DNA of 21,012 nucleotides from an uncultured Clostridium sp. (GTDB lineage: Bacteria > Bacillota > Clostridia > TANB77 > CAG-465). Below are positions 9,284 to 16,598 of this stretch, piece after piece (the first letter of the stretch is position 1; every line of letters begins with the position of its first letter). Location: positions 1 through 21,012 of the forward strand of contig CAJLBR010000017.1 in assembly GCA_905204915.1 (NCBI GenBank), given 5' to 3'. The notes under the pieces are model-generated. The model was not told where the DNA came from and made no database searches. It saw only the letters and a program-made list of their open reading frames with translations. The position numbers were made by a program, and so were the translations under genes.

Positions 9284-9322
9284 AATAGGTTCTTAAGAAT
9301 TTTCTTAAGGACCTATTTTTTG
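9284..9322 (+). terminator. Rho-independent terminator of the ORFan cassette
   Basis: A 14-bp stem pairs AATAGGTTCTTAAG (9284-9297) with CTTAAGGACCTATT (9304-9317), with one G-T wobble. It is followed by TTTTT. Confidence 0.75.
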
Positions 9323-9326
9323 TAAT

Positions 9327-9355
9327 TTGACAATAATATGTATGTATGTTAAAAT
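9327..9355 (+). promoter_or_regulatory. Sigma-A-type promoter of the DtxR-family/Suf-like operon
   Basis: TTGACA (9327-9332), a 17-nt spacer ending in TGT, then TAAAAT (9350-9355). Confidence 0.55.
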
Positions 9356-9372
9356 GTTAGAGTAAACTAACA
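9355..9372 (+). promoter_or_regulatory. Candidate operator (inverted repeat TGTTAG-N6-CTAACA) overlapping the -10/TSS
   Basis: TGTTAG (9355-9360) and CTAACA (9367-9372) are perfect reverse complements. The GTTAG/CTAAC half-sites resemble the arms of the classical DtxR box TTAGGTTAGCCTAACCTAA, but the spacer here is longer. Confidence 0.4.
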
Positions 9373-9385
9373 AAAAGGAGAGAGT

Positions 9386-9853
9386 ATGGAACTTTCAAAT
9401 TCAAAACAAGAATATTTAAAGACTTTGTATTTATTAAGCAATTCTGGTAAAAAAATTAGAGTTACAGATATTGCTAATAGATTAAAAATTACAAAGCCTA
9501 GTGTGAACAATGCACTAAAGGAATTAGAAAAATTAAATTATGTAGAATATGCTGCATATAAAGAGATTAAGTTAACGAAAAGTGGAGAAATTGAAGCCAA
9601 AAAAATAATAAAAAAATATGATTTGCTAAAGCTATTTTTAGAAGAAGTTCTTAAAATAGATGAGGAAAATGCAAGTATTGAAGCTGATAATTTAAAACAT
9701 GCAATTTCTAAAAACACTTATGAAAAATTAGAAGAATATGTAGATGAGATTCTTAATTTAAAAGATATTGAACTTTGTTATAATGAAAACAATGAAAAAT
9801 GCAAGAGATGTAAAAAATATAATTATAAAATGAAAAAATTAAAGGAGGAATAA
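9386..9853 (+). CDS. DtxR/MntR-family metal-dependent transcriptional regulator
   Basis: N-terminal wHTH (QEYLKTLYLLSNSGKKIRVTDIANRLKITKPSVNNALKELEKLNYV) followed by a dimerisation/metal-binding helix region (KKYDLLKLFLEEVL...A..EADNLKHAIS). Confidence 0.88.
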   Translation: MELSNSKQEYLKTLYLLSNSGKKIRVTDIANRLKITKPSVNNALKELEKLNYVEYAAYKEIKLTKSGEIEAKKIIKKYDLLKLFLEEVLKIDEENASIEADNLKHAISKNTYEKLEEYVDEILNLKDIELCYNENNEKCKRCKKYNYKMKKLKEE

Positions 9854-9855
9854 AG

Positions 9856-10569
9856 GTGTTAGAACTAATTAATATATGTTTTGAAAGAGACGGTAAAAAA
9901 ATATTAGATAATGTAAATCTAAAGTTAGAAATGAATAAATTTATAGCAATCACTGGTCCAAATGGTTCAGGTAAGTCTACACTTGCTAAAATAATAATGG
10001 GAATTGAGAAACAAGATTCAGGGATTATATTATATGAAGGAAAAGACATTAGTAATCTTTCAATATGTGAACGTGCTAATTTAGGAATAGGATTTGCTTT
10101 TCAACAACCAGTAAGATTTAAGGGGATTACAGTTTATGACCTTTTAAAAATAGCTGCACATCGTGATATATCTAGATTAGAAGTATGTAAAATATTAGCT
10201 AGTGTTGGTTTATGTTCAAGAGAATATATAGATAGAGAAATAAATTCTTCTTTATCTGGTGGAGAGTTAAAAAGAATAGAAATAGCCTCAGTGGCAATTT
10301 CTAAATCAAAGCTTACAATATTTGACGAACCGGAAGCAGGAATTGATCTTTGGAGTTTTAATAATTTAATTGAAGTATTTGAAAATATGAGAAATATAAT
10401 AAAAGGAACAACTCTTATAATATCTCACCAAGAAAGAATTTTAAATATTGCAGATGAAGTTATATTGTTAGAAGCAGGAAAAATTAAGAAAAAAGGTTCT
10501 AGTAGTGAAATTTTAAATGATATAAAAAATCCTAAAAAGAACTTTAAGCTAAAAAAGGGAGGCGAGTAA
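9856..10569 (+). CDS. sufC: SufC-like Fe-S cluster assembly ABC ATPase
   Basis: Walker A GPNGSGKST, signature LSGGELKR, Walker B LTIFDEPEAGID and an H-loop ISHQ. The GTG start lies 7 nt after GGAGG and abuts the regulator's stop. Confidence 0.85.
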   Translation: MLELINICFERDGKKILDNVNLKLEMNKFIAITGPNGSGKSTLAKIIMGIEKQDSGIILYEGKDISNLSICERANLGIGFAFQQPVRFKGITVYDLLKIAAHRDISRLEVCKILASVGLCSREYIDREINSSLSGGELKRIEIASVAISKSKLTIFDEPEAGIDLWSFNNLIEVFENMRNIIKGTTLIISHQERILNIADEVILLEAGKIKKKGSSSEILNDIKNPKKNFKLKKGGE

Positions 10570-11487
10570 ATGGAAAAGGTTGATGAATCTTTACTAAATA
10601 AAATATCTAATTACGATGACATAAGAAAAGGTGCGTACAATATAAGAAGAAATGGTAAAGGAATAGAAAGAAAAAATAGTGAAAACGTAAGTATAGTTAC
10701 AAAAAAAGAAGTTTCAGGTATTGATATATATGTAAAGGAAAATACTAAATTTGAACTTATTCACATCCCAGTTATAATAACAGAAAGTGGTCTAACAGAT
10801 GTGGTATATAACGATTTTTATATTGGAAAAAATTCTGTTGTGACAATTGTAGCAGGATGTGGTATACACAATGATTATCATGAAGATTCTAGACATGATG
10901 GAATACACAGATTTTTCTTAGAAGAAGGTGCTACAGTAAAATATGTGGAAAAACATTATGGTGAAGGCAAAGGTGATGGAAAAAGGATTTTAAATCCAGT
11001 AACAGAAGTATACTTAAAAGATGGTAGCAGTCTTGAAATGGAAACTATACAAATAAAAGGTGTGGATCACACAATAAGAACTACTAAGGGAGAACTAGAT
11101 AATGATACAAATTTAGTTATAACAGAAAAAATATTAACTCATAATGACCAGTACGCAAAGACTATATTTGATGTATCTTTAAATGGTAAAAATTCTAGTA
11201 CTCATGTAGTTTCTAGATCTGTTGCTACTGATAACTCTAAGCAAGAATTTGTATCTAAAATATATGGTAATAATAAATGCTTTGCTCATAGTGAATGTGA
11301 TGCTATCATAAAAGATAGTGCTAGAGTTAGTGCCACTCCAGAAATTACAGCTGCTGATGTAGAGGCTAATTTAATACATGAAGCTGCTATAGGAAAAATT
11401 GCTGGTGAACAGCTTACAAAGCTTATGACTCTAGGACTTACAGAAAAAGAAGCAGAAGATGCAATTATTTCTGGATTTTTAAAATAA
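10570..11487 (+). CDS. SufB/SufD-family Fe-S assembly scaffold protein (short, 305 aa)
   Basis: Beta-helix-type SufBD core and the conserved C-terminal region (EANLIHEAAIGKI..EQL.KLMTLGLTEKEAEDAIISGF). The ATG directly follows the sufC stop (TAAATG). Confidence 0.82.
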   Translation: MEKVDESLLNKISNYDDIRKGAYNIRRNGKGIERKNSENVSIVTKKEVSGIDIYVKENTKFELIHIPVIITESGLTDVVYNDFYIGKNSVVTIVAGCGIHNDYHEDSRHDGIHRFFLEEGATVKYVEKHYGEGKGDGKRILNPVTEVYLKDGSSLEMETIQIKGVDHTIRTTKGELDNDTNLVITEKILTHNDQYAKTIFDVSLNGKNSSTHVVSRSVATDNSKQEFVSKIYGNNKCFAHSECDAIIKDSARVSATPEITAADVEANLIHEAAIGKIAGEQLTKLMTLGLTEKEAEDAIISGFLK

Positions 11488-11529
11488 AATGGTATATAAT
11501 AATTACAGGTAAGAAAAGAGGTTTTGATT

Positions 11530-12606
11530 ATGGATAGAAAAGTAAAAGTTTTTCAATATGGTACAGGCAAAATGAGCGTATATACAATGAGATATGTGTA
11601 TGAAAATGGCGCTGAAATTGTAGGAGCTGTTGATGTTAATCCAGCTGTAATAGGAAAAGATATAGGAGATATAATTGGCTCTGAAAAGAAAAATATCTTA
11701 GTTCAAGATGTTAAAAATGCAAGAGAAGCATTAAGCGAAGCAAAACCAGATATCGTTATTGTAACAACTATGAGCTTATTTTCAGATGTTTATGATGCAT
11801 TAATGCTTTGTGCTGAGCTAGGAATAAATGCTATTACAACTTGTGAAGAGGCATTTTTCCCTGAAAATTCTAATCCTAATGCTACAGCAAAAATTGATGA
11901 AATGGCTAAAAAGACAGGTTGTACTATTACAGGAAGTGGATATCAAGATATTTATTGGGGACAATTAGTATCTAGTATTGCTGCTTCTTCACATAGCATA
12001 AAGAAAATAAAAGGTTCTTCTAGTTATAATGTTGAAGATTACGGTATAGCTTTAGCCAAAGCTCATGGAGCTGGTTTAAATCTTAAAGACTTTGAAGAAC
12101 AAATAGCATCAGCAGATAAAATTTCTGATGAAGAAAGACAAAGCATAATTGAAAAAGGTGAATATATGCCTTCTTATATGTGGAATGTAAATGGATGGTT
12201 ATGTGAAAAACTAGGACTTACAGTTACATCTCAAACTCAAAAATGTGTTCCACAAATTGCAAGTAAAGATATTAACTCATCAACTTTAAATATGACTATT
12301 AAAGCTGGTGATGCAACAGGAATGAGTGCAGTTGTTACAACAACAACTAAAGAAGGAATTACATTAGAAACAGAATGTATAGGTAAAGTTTATTCAGAAG
12401 ATGAATTTGATAAAAACGAATGGAGTGTTGAGGGAGAACCAAATACTACTCTTGTAATAAATAGACCATCAACTGTAGAACTTACTTGTGCTTCTATAGT
12501 AAATAGAATTCCAGATGTTATTAATGCAAATCCAGGATATGTACCAACAGAGAAAATGGGAGAATTATTCTATAGAGTAAAACCGCTAAATGAATATGTT
12601 AAATAA
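11530..12606 (+). CDS. NAD(P)-binding DapB-N-domain oxidoreductase, 2,4-diaminopentanoate dehydrogenase / native amine dehydrogenase-like
   Basis: An N-terminal Rossmann-like segment (KVKVFQYGTGKMS...GAEIVGAVDVNP...GKDIGDI) is followed by PDIVIVTT and INAITTCEE, then GCTITGSGYQD, matching the architecture of that family. ATG 11530 lies 8 nt after AGAGG, so the TTG at 11524 is less likely. The functional call is tentative. Confidence 0.55.
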   Translation: MDRKVKVFQYGTGKMSVYTMRYVYENGAEIVGAVDVNPAVIGKDIGDIIGSEKKNILVQDVKNAREALSEAKPDIVIVTTMSLFSDVYDALMLCAELGINAITTCEEAFFPENSNPNATAKIDEMAKKTGCTITGSGYQDIYWGQLVSSIAASSHSIKKIKGSSSYNVEDYGIALAKAHGAGLNLKDFEEQIASADKISDEERQSIIEKGEYMPSYMWNVNGWLCEKLGLTVTSQTQKCVPQIASKDINSSTLNMTIKAGDATGMSAVVTTTTKEGITLETECIGKVYSEDEFDKNEWSVEGEPNTTLVINRPSTVELTCASIVNRIPDVINANPGYVPTEKMGELFYRVKPLNEYVK

Positions 12607-12617
12607 TTGAATCTATT

Positions 12618-12656
12618 ATAAGGAAGTAGTTGTATGACTATTTCCTTATTTTATAT
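12618..12656 (+). terminator. Probable rho-independent terminator after the oxidoreductase gene
   Basis: ATAAGGAA (12618-12625) pairs with TTCCTTAT (12642-12649), and inner TAGT/ACTA pairing extends the stem. It is followed by a T-rich tract. Confidence 0.55.
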
Positions 12657-12725
12657 TATTACTTGTTTTTTTATGTAAAATATGATATATTAAATAAGAT
12701 TTTGTTTAACATTAAAGGAGATATT

Positions 12726-13667
12726 ATGGAAGAAAATTATGTTGTTACGTCTTACATTAATCCAGATTTAGATGGAATTTCATGTATGTATGCATACAAA
12801 GAATTTATAGAAAAGTGTGGTAGAAAATCTAATTATTATATAAGTGGAGTACCCAAAAAAGAGGTAAGTATAGTATGTGATATGTTTGGAATATCACTAA
12901 ATCCAATAGAAAAGATTGGAAAACATGACAATATAATTTTAGTTGATACCAATTCTGATTTATATATAGAAGATTCAATAATTAAAGAAAATGTAACAGA
13001 AATTATTGATCATCATGTAAAATCTGAAAGTTCAAAAAAATTTGTAAATGCTAATCTTACAATTGAACTTATTGGAGCAGCAGCAACATTGGTGGGAGAG
13101 AGATTTATGGAATATTCTCTTGATATATCTAATAGTTCGGCAATACTTTTATATTATGGAATTGTTTCTAATACAATAAATTTTAAGAGTAAAAATACAA
13201 CTAAAAAAGATAAAGAAGTTGCAAAGTGGCTTAAATCAAAATGCTCAAAAATAGATGATTCAAAAATAGAAGAGATATTTAGAAAAAAATCAATTATTGA
13301 AAAAGGATCAATGAAAAATGAAATTGAAGCATCAAATCCAGTTCCAATAAATGGTAGCAAAAATGTAATTATTGGTCAGCTTGAGATAGTAGAAATTGAT
13401 AAGTTTTTAGATGAAAATGAAGATATAATTAAACAGATTCTTGAAGAGGAAAATAAGAGTAAAAATCCTGACTTTATTTTTTGTAATATTATAGATATAC
13501 TTAATGGAAAAAGTACCCTATATTCATCAGATGAAAGTACAAAGCAAGCATTAAATAATGAATTTAATTACTTATTTGAAGATAACATATGTAATTTGAA
13601 CAGTTTAATAACAAGAAAAGAACTATTTAAGAAACTAAAAAATCATTATAATATTAGGAGGGGATAA
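12726..13667 (+). CDS. DHH-family phosphoesterase (PpaC/NrnA-like fold)
   Basis: DHH motifs are present: NPDLDGISC (motif I), LVDTNS (motif II/III) and IIDHH (motif III/DHH). ATG 12726 follows AAAGGAGA. The 32-codon upstream extension in the track (12630) reads through the terminator/promoter region and is rejected. Confidence 0.8.
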   Translation: MEENYVVTSYINPDLDGISCMYAYKEFIEKCGRKSNYYISGVPKKEVSIVCDMFGISLNPIEKIGKHDNIILVDTNSDLYIEDSIIKENVTEIIDHHVKSESSKKFVNANLTIELIGAAATLVGERFMEYSLDISNSSAILLYYGIVSNTINFKSKNTTKKDKEVAKWLKSKCSKIDDSKIEEIFRKKSIIEKGSMKNEIEASNPVPINGSKNVIIGQLEIVEIDKFLDENEDIIKQILEEENKSKNPDFIFCNIIDILNGKSTLYSSDESTKQALNNEFNYLFEDNICNLNSLITRKELFKKLKNHYNIRRG

Positions 13668-13669
13668 GT

Positions 13670-14377
13670 ATGCCAGCTTGGGGAATGCATTTAAAAACTG
13701 CCAAAAAATTAAATGAATATTTAAAACTTAATGAATACAAGTTTTATTTTGGAAATGTTATGGTAGATGCAGAAAGACATGTAGTGCATGATTTATCTGT
13801 TGTAGTTTCGTATGATGATTCCCATTATGCTAAATTGCAAAATGTAAATGGAATCATGATAAAGCTACCAGATTATGAAAGATTCATAGAAGAAAATTAT
13901 CAGAACTTAAGTAATCCAGTTGTTCTAGGATATCTTACACATTTAATGACAGACTTTTATTATAATAGATTAACTTTCGGTCAAAAGTTTTTATCAGATG
14001 GTATGGGAAAATCTATAGGAATAAAGCTTAATAATGGAACCGATAAAATATGTGATAAGGAAACAATAAGAATATTAAAACAAACAGATTTTGATACTTA
14101 TTCAAGAGAATTGTATTCAAAAGAAGATGTTTTAATAGATGAAAATAAGAAAGATGATATTCTAAAAGCATGTAAAGATATAAAAAATATTAAATATAAT
14201 GGAGAAGATGTATTAAAGATAATTAATTTCGTAAATAATATAAAAAATAATTATGATAAAAGAAAAGATGAAAAAATATGTTATAAGGTATTTACCAAAG
14301 AAGAATTTGATTATAACTTTAACAAATGTGTTGAATTTATATTAGATAATTTAAAAAGTCATAAAATAATAGAATAA
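13670..14377 (+). CDS. Hypothetical protein, possibly a zinc-dependent phospholipase C-like metal hydrolase
   Basis: The N-terminal PAWGMHL...GNVMVDAERH...SHY...GYLTHLMTDFYYN pattern of His/Asp ligands resembles the Zn_dep_PLPC family. The start is tightly coupled to the DHH gene (AGGAGGGGATAAGTATG). The functional call is weak. Confidence 0.5.
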   Translation: MPAWGMHLKTAKKLNEYLKLNEYKFYFGNVMVDAERHVVHDLSVVVSYDDSHYAKLQNVNGIMIKLPDYERFIEENYQNLSNPVVLGYLTHLMTDFYYNRLTFGQKFLSDGMGKSIGIKLNNGTDKICDKETIRILKQTDFDTYSRELYSKEDVLIDENKKDDILKACKDIKNIKYNGEDVLKIINFVNNIKNNYDKRKDEKICYKVFTKEEFDYNFNKCVEFILDNLKSHKIIE

Positions 14378-14396
14378 TATAGTTTTTATTTATAAT

Positions 14397-14430
14397 ATAA
14401 AAAAAGCCTACATGAAAAAACATGTAGGCT
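14397..14430 (-). terminator. Rho-independent terminator of paralog A (minus-strand orientation)
   Basis: The stem pairs AGCCTACATG (14405-14414) with CATGTAGGCT (14421-14430) around an A6 loop. The A-run on the plus strand at 14399-14405 becomes the T-tail on the minus strand. The 24-nt core is identical to that at 14949-14972. Confidence 0.8.
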
Positions 14431-14442
14431 CTACTTTAAAGA

Positions 14443-14814
14443 TTAATACCTGTCATCATAAGGCCATTCCTGACCGTTTGCTTCAGCTTCTTCTTGGCTG
14501 CCATATTGATAATCTTCAGGTGGAATCAAACCATCGATCTCATCAAGTACATTATCCATACAAACTGGATTACATTTTGCAGCCCTTGTTATTTGAGTAG
14601 TGCTTAAATTTGCAGCATTGTTTCCCTTCGTAGATAAAAACTCAAAGTTTTTAATGACTGCCTCCTTGTCAAAATTCCGGCTGTGAGCAAGTTTGTTATA
14701 GGCTACTTCAAAATGAGTGCCAAGCGATTCTGGAATTTTTTCAGGTGCAGAATCACCAGATAACAAGCCAGAGAGCTTAGACTCACTCGGGTTTAAAGGA
14801 AATTCAGTATACAT
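14443..14814 (-). CDS. ORFan acidic protein, 123 aa (paralog A), with a C-terminal CxxxC...IPxE..QY..QE.AEANGQ module
   Basis: GGGAGG RBS lies 10 nt upstream of the ATG (14814). Hand GC count is 28/60 for 14461-14520. It is colinear with the 15011-15382 product: KLAHSRNFDKEAV aligns with DLAHQKDYDEEAI, and CNPVCMDNVLDEIDGLIPPEDYQYGSQEEAEANGQ aligns with CHDDCTDITYDTINGYIPDENCQYDNQEDAEANGQ. Confidence 0.75.
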   Translation of the reverse strand: MYTEFPLNPSESKLSGLLSGDSAPEKIPESLGTHFEVAYNKLAHSRNFDKEAVIKNFEFLSTKGNNAANLSTTQITRAAKCNPVCMDNVLDEIDGLIPPEDYQYGSQEEAEANGQEWPYDDRY

Positions 14815-14873
14815 GTAAAAATTACCTCCCTAAATAAATTATTATTTAAAATTTTCGAATTGCTTCTAGAAAA

Positions 14874-14902
14874 ATTGTAACACTTTTTCTGGAAAATGTC
14901 AA
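14874..14902 (-). promoter_or_regulatory. Sigma-A-type promoter of paralog A
   Basis: On the minus strand: TTGACA (14902-14897), a 17-nt spacer, then TACAAT (14879-14874). The flanking blocks TAACACTTTTT and AATGTCAACTATT (plus-strand reading) are shared with the paralog B promoter. Confidence 0.6.
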
Positions 14903-14940
14903 CTATTGTTCTAAATATACTACAAAATAGTGAAAAATAT

Positions 14941-14972
14941 AAAAAAGAGCCTACATGAAAAAACATGTAGGC
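14941..14972 (-). terminator. Rho-independent terminator of paralog B (minus-strand orientation)
   Basis: The stem pairs GCCTACATG (14949-14957) with CATGTAGGC (14964-14972) around an A6 loop. The plus-strand A6 at 14941-14946 gives the minus-strand T-tail. Confidence 0.8.
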
Positions 14973-15010
14973 GTTGTTTAAAAGTATTAATAACTTTGAT
15001 ATAAATGAAA

Positions 15011-15382
15011 TTAACAAAATTTTTGGCCGTTTGCTTCAGCATCCTCCTGATTATCGTATTGACAGTTCTCATCTGGAATATAACCATTAATTGTATCATA
15101 CGTAATGTCTGTGCAGTCATCATGGCACTGGAGCATTCTCTTGATCTCATCAGAATTTAAATCTGCAAGCATATCTATTTGCATGCTATCCAGCTTTCTG
15201 GCTATGGCCTCCTCATCATAATCTTTTTGGTGAGCAAGATCATCAATTGCCTCCTTAATAGCTTCACAAGTTTCTTCTGAAATGCTGTCAGATAAGCCTT
15301 CAAGTGAGATGGCAAGGGCAGAAGTGCTGTCTGTTACTGCAAGAAGTGTTCCGGCATTTTCTTTTTTAATAATTTCTAACAT
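15011..15382 (-). CDS. ORFan strongly acidic protein, 123 aa (paralog B), with the same C-terminal module
   Basis: GGAGGG RBS lies upstream of ATG 15382. Hand GC count is 27/60 for 15181-15240. It has the same length as paralog A and shares a 14-nt identity, CCGTTTGCTTCAGC (15027-15040 and 14473-14486), encoding AEANG. Confidence 0.75.
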   Translation of the reverse strand: MLEIIKKENAGTLLAVTDSTSALAISLEGLSDSISEETCEAIKEAIDDLAHQKDYDEEAIARKLDSMQIDMLADLNSDEIKRMLQCHDDCTDITYDTINGYIPDENCQYDNQEDAEANGQKFC

Positions 15383-15434
15383 AGTAAACCCTCCAAAAAA
15401 ATAATTATTTTTTTATAATTTCTTACACAGTGGT

Positions 15435-15463
15435 ATTTTAACACTTTTTAAGTTCAATGTCAA
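15435..15463 (-). promoter_or_regulatory. Sigma-A-type promoter of paralog B
   Basis: On the minus strand: TTGACA (15463-15458), a 17-nt spacer, then TAAAAT (15440-15435). Confidence 0.6.
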
Positions 15464-15481
15464 CTATTATTTTAGTAAATG

Positions 15482-15510
15482 TTGACATAAGATTTAAAAA
15501 ATGATATAAT
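15482..15510 (+). promoter_or_regulatory. Sigma-A-type promoter of the 343-aa ORFan, back to back with the paralog B promoter
   Basis: TTGACA (15482-15487), a 17-nt spacer, then TATAAT (15505-15510). The two opposed -35 boxes form a 7-bp inverted repeat, TGTCAAC (15458-15464) and GTTGACA (15481-15487). Confidence 0.6.
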
Positions 15511-15561
15511 TTGGTGAAATTATAAATACTTTTATTGTGAGTACAAGAAAGGATGAATTTT

Positions 15562-16593
15562 ATGAGTAACATTGTAAAACGTGAGGAAATACTGGATTCT
15601 TTGATAATTTCCGAGTATACAAAATTGGAAGATCTTCTCAAAAAATCTGTTGAAAATGGATTTATTGATGATGTGGGTGCAAAAAATATTGCACTAGGAT
15701 TTTTTTCAGTTTGTCTTGAAAATGTAAAAGAATATAAAGAAGAAGTTGCATATGTTGACGAAAAAGAAGCAGAGCAGCTGATACAAAATTATTTAAAAAT
15801 AATAAGTGTTTACTTATCTTGCTTTAAAAATTCTGAAGCATTTGAAATGCTAATTACCAAAAGTCCGGCAGAAATTTTTAAGAATGCTATTAAGTATTAT
15901 GAAAAAGCAAATCTTGAAGCATATAATAATCTAGATTATGCACTTTCCATTTTTTTACCAATAAAAAACAGAGAATCAATTTTGCTTATCAGACGGTTTA
16001 TGCTAATGTACAAGTTTTTTGCGGCTAAGCTTACAGAGAGCGATATTGATTCTGTATCAGTAAATTCAGATGTCGTTGTGTATGAAAACATTGATGTAAC
16101 AATAAATGATCTGGTATATTCTGATATTAAAGATATGGCAAGTGCATCAGGATTTGTAAACTATGTAAACGTGGCAAAAAATCTCTTCTATGAGGCAAAT
16201 ATCATTAAAGCTTTTGATACTGAAGATGTAATTAAGCTAATAAATAATACTCCAAGAAAAATTGAAATTGAAAGTGGAATTTTAGTAGATGAGCCAATCT
16301 CTAATATTACATGGACAGTTTTAAATCAGTTTATGGTATCTTCTTATTATCACAAGGTTCCAAGTGAACCACTGATATTAACTGAAGGCGAAGCCAAAGT
16401 TGCAGCTTGGGAGATATTTAAAGACTTGATTGAACCAGATGAGTTTTTTGAAAATTTGGAAAATACCTCAATTTATTTAAGTTACGATGATGAAACAAAA
16501 GAATTTATAAAAAGCTTATTCCATAAATTAAAATATGCAATGGAAAATCTAAGAGAAAGAAAAATAAATAATATGTTAATAATTAACGAATGA
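15562..16593 (+). CDS. ORFan protein, 343 aa, soluble and acidic, with no recognisable motif
   Basis: Long uninterrupted ORF. ATG 15562 lies 8 nt after AAAGGA, and the in-frame ATG at 15553 overlaps that RBS. GC is intermediate (25/60 at 16021-16080, 17/60 at 15901-15960). The gene has its own promoter and terminator. Confidence 0.7.
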   Translation: MSNIVKREEILDSLIISEYTKLEDLLKKSVENGFIDDVGAKNIALGFFSVCLENVKEYKEEVAYVDEKEAEQLIQNYLKIISVYLSCFKNSEAFEMLITKSPAEIFKNAIKYYEKANLEAYNNLDYALSIFLPIKNRESILLIRRFMLMYKFFAAKLTESDIDSVSVNSDVVVYENIDVTINDLVYSDIKDMASASGFVNYVNVAKNLFYEANIIKAFDTEDVIKLINNTPRKIEIESGILVDEPISNITWTVLNQFMVSSYYHKVPSEPLILTEGEAKVAAWEIFKDLIEPDEFFENLENTSIYLSYDDETKEFIKSLFHKLKYAMENLRERKINNMLIINE

Positions 16594-16598
16594 ATAAC

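Noticed and set aside
9018-10049. Minus-strand ORFs 9018-9230 and 9753-10049
   Set aside because: They are antisense to the acidic-tail ORFan and to the dtxR/sufC junction respectively. The sense-strand genes have RBSs and family motifs, and these do not.
12630-12725. N-terminal extensions proposed by the ORF track (12630 for DHH, 18382 for DUF4956, 17128 for the 159-aa ORFan, 8863 for the acidic-tail ORFan, 11524 for the oxidoreductase)
   Set aside because: In each case an internal ATG is preceded by a good GGAGG-type RBS at proper spacing. The extension either reads through terminator or promoter sequence or overlaps the preceding gene with nonsense-like residues such as MYDYFLILYYYLFFYV.
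14405-14972. The repeated hairpin GCCTACATG-A6-CATGTAGGC as a possible CRISPR or REP-type repeat array
   Set aside because: There are only two copies, 543 bp apart. Each lies just downstream of a stop codon (12 and 38 nt) with a T-tail on the coding strand, so they are duplicated intrinsic terminators. No cas genes or short regular spacers are present anywhere in the window.
14412-15150. Track ORFs 14412-14600 (+), 14793-15017 (-) and 14920-15150 (-) in the island
   Set aside because: They start inside the terminator hairpins or run through the promoter/terminator regions, antisense to or overlapping the well-supported 123-aa genes. They have no RBS and a junk-like composition, so I treat them as spurious shadow ORFs.
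14443-15382. The two 123-aa proteins as RiPP precursors or as a toxin-antitoxin pair
   Set aside because: For typical leader-dependent RiPPs the N-terminal leader is conserved and the core varies. Here the opposite is seen, and no radical-SAM, YcaO or lanthipeptide enzyme is nearby. For a TA pair one expects a bicistronic operon of two unrelated proteins, whereas these are paralogs with separate promoters and terminators. Neither idea is fully excluded, but neither is supported.
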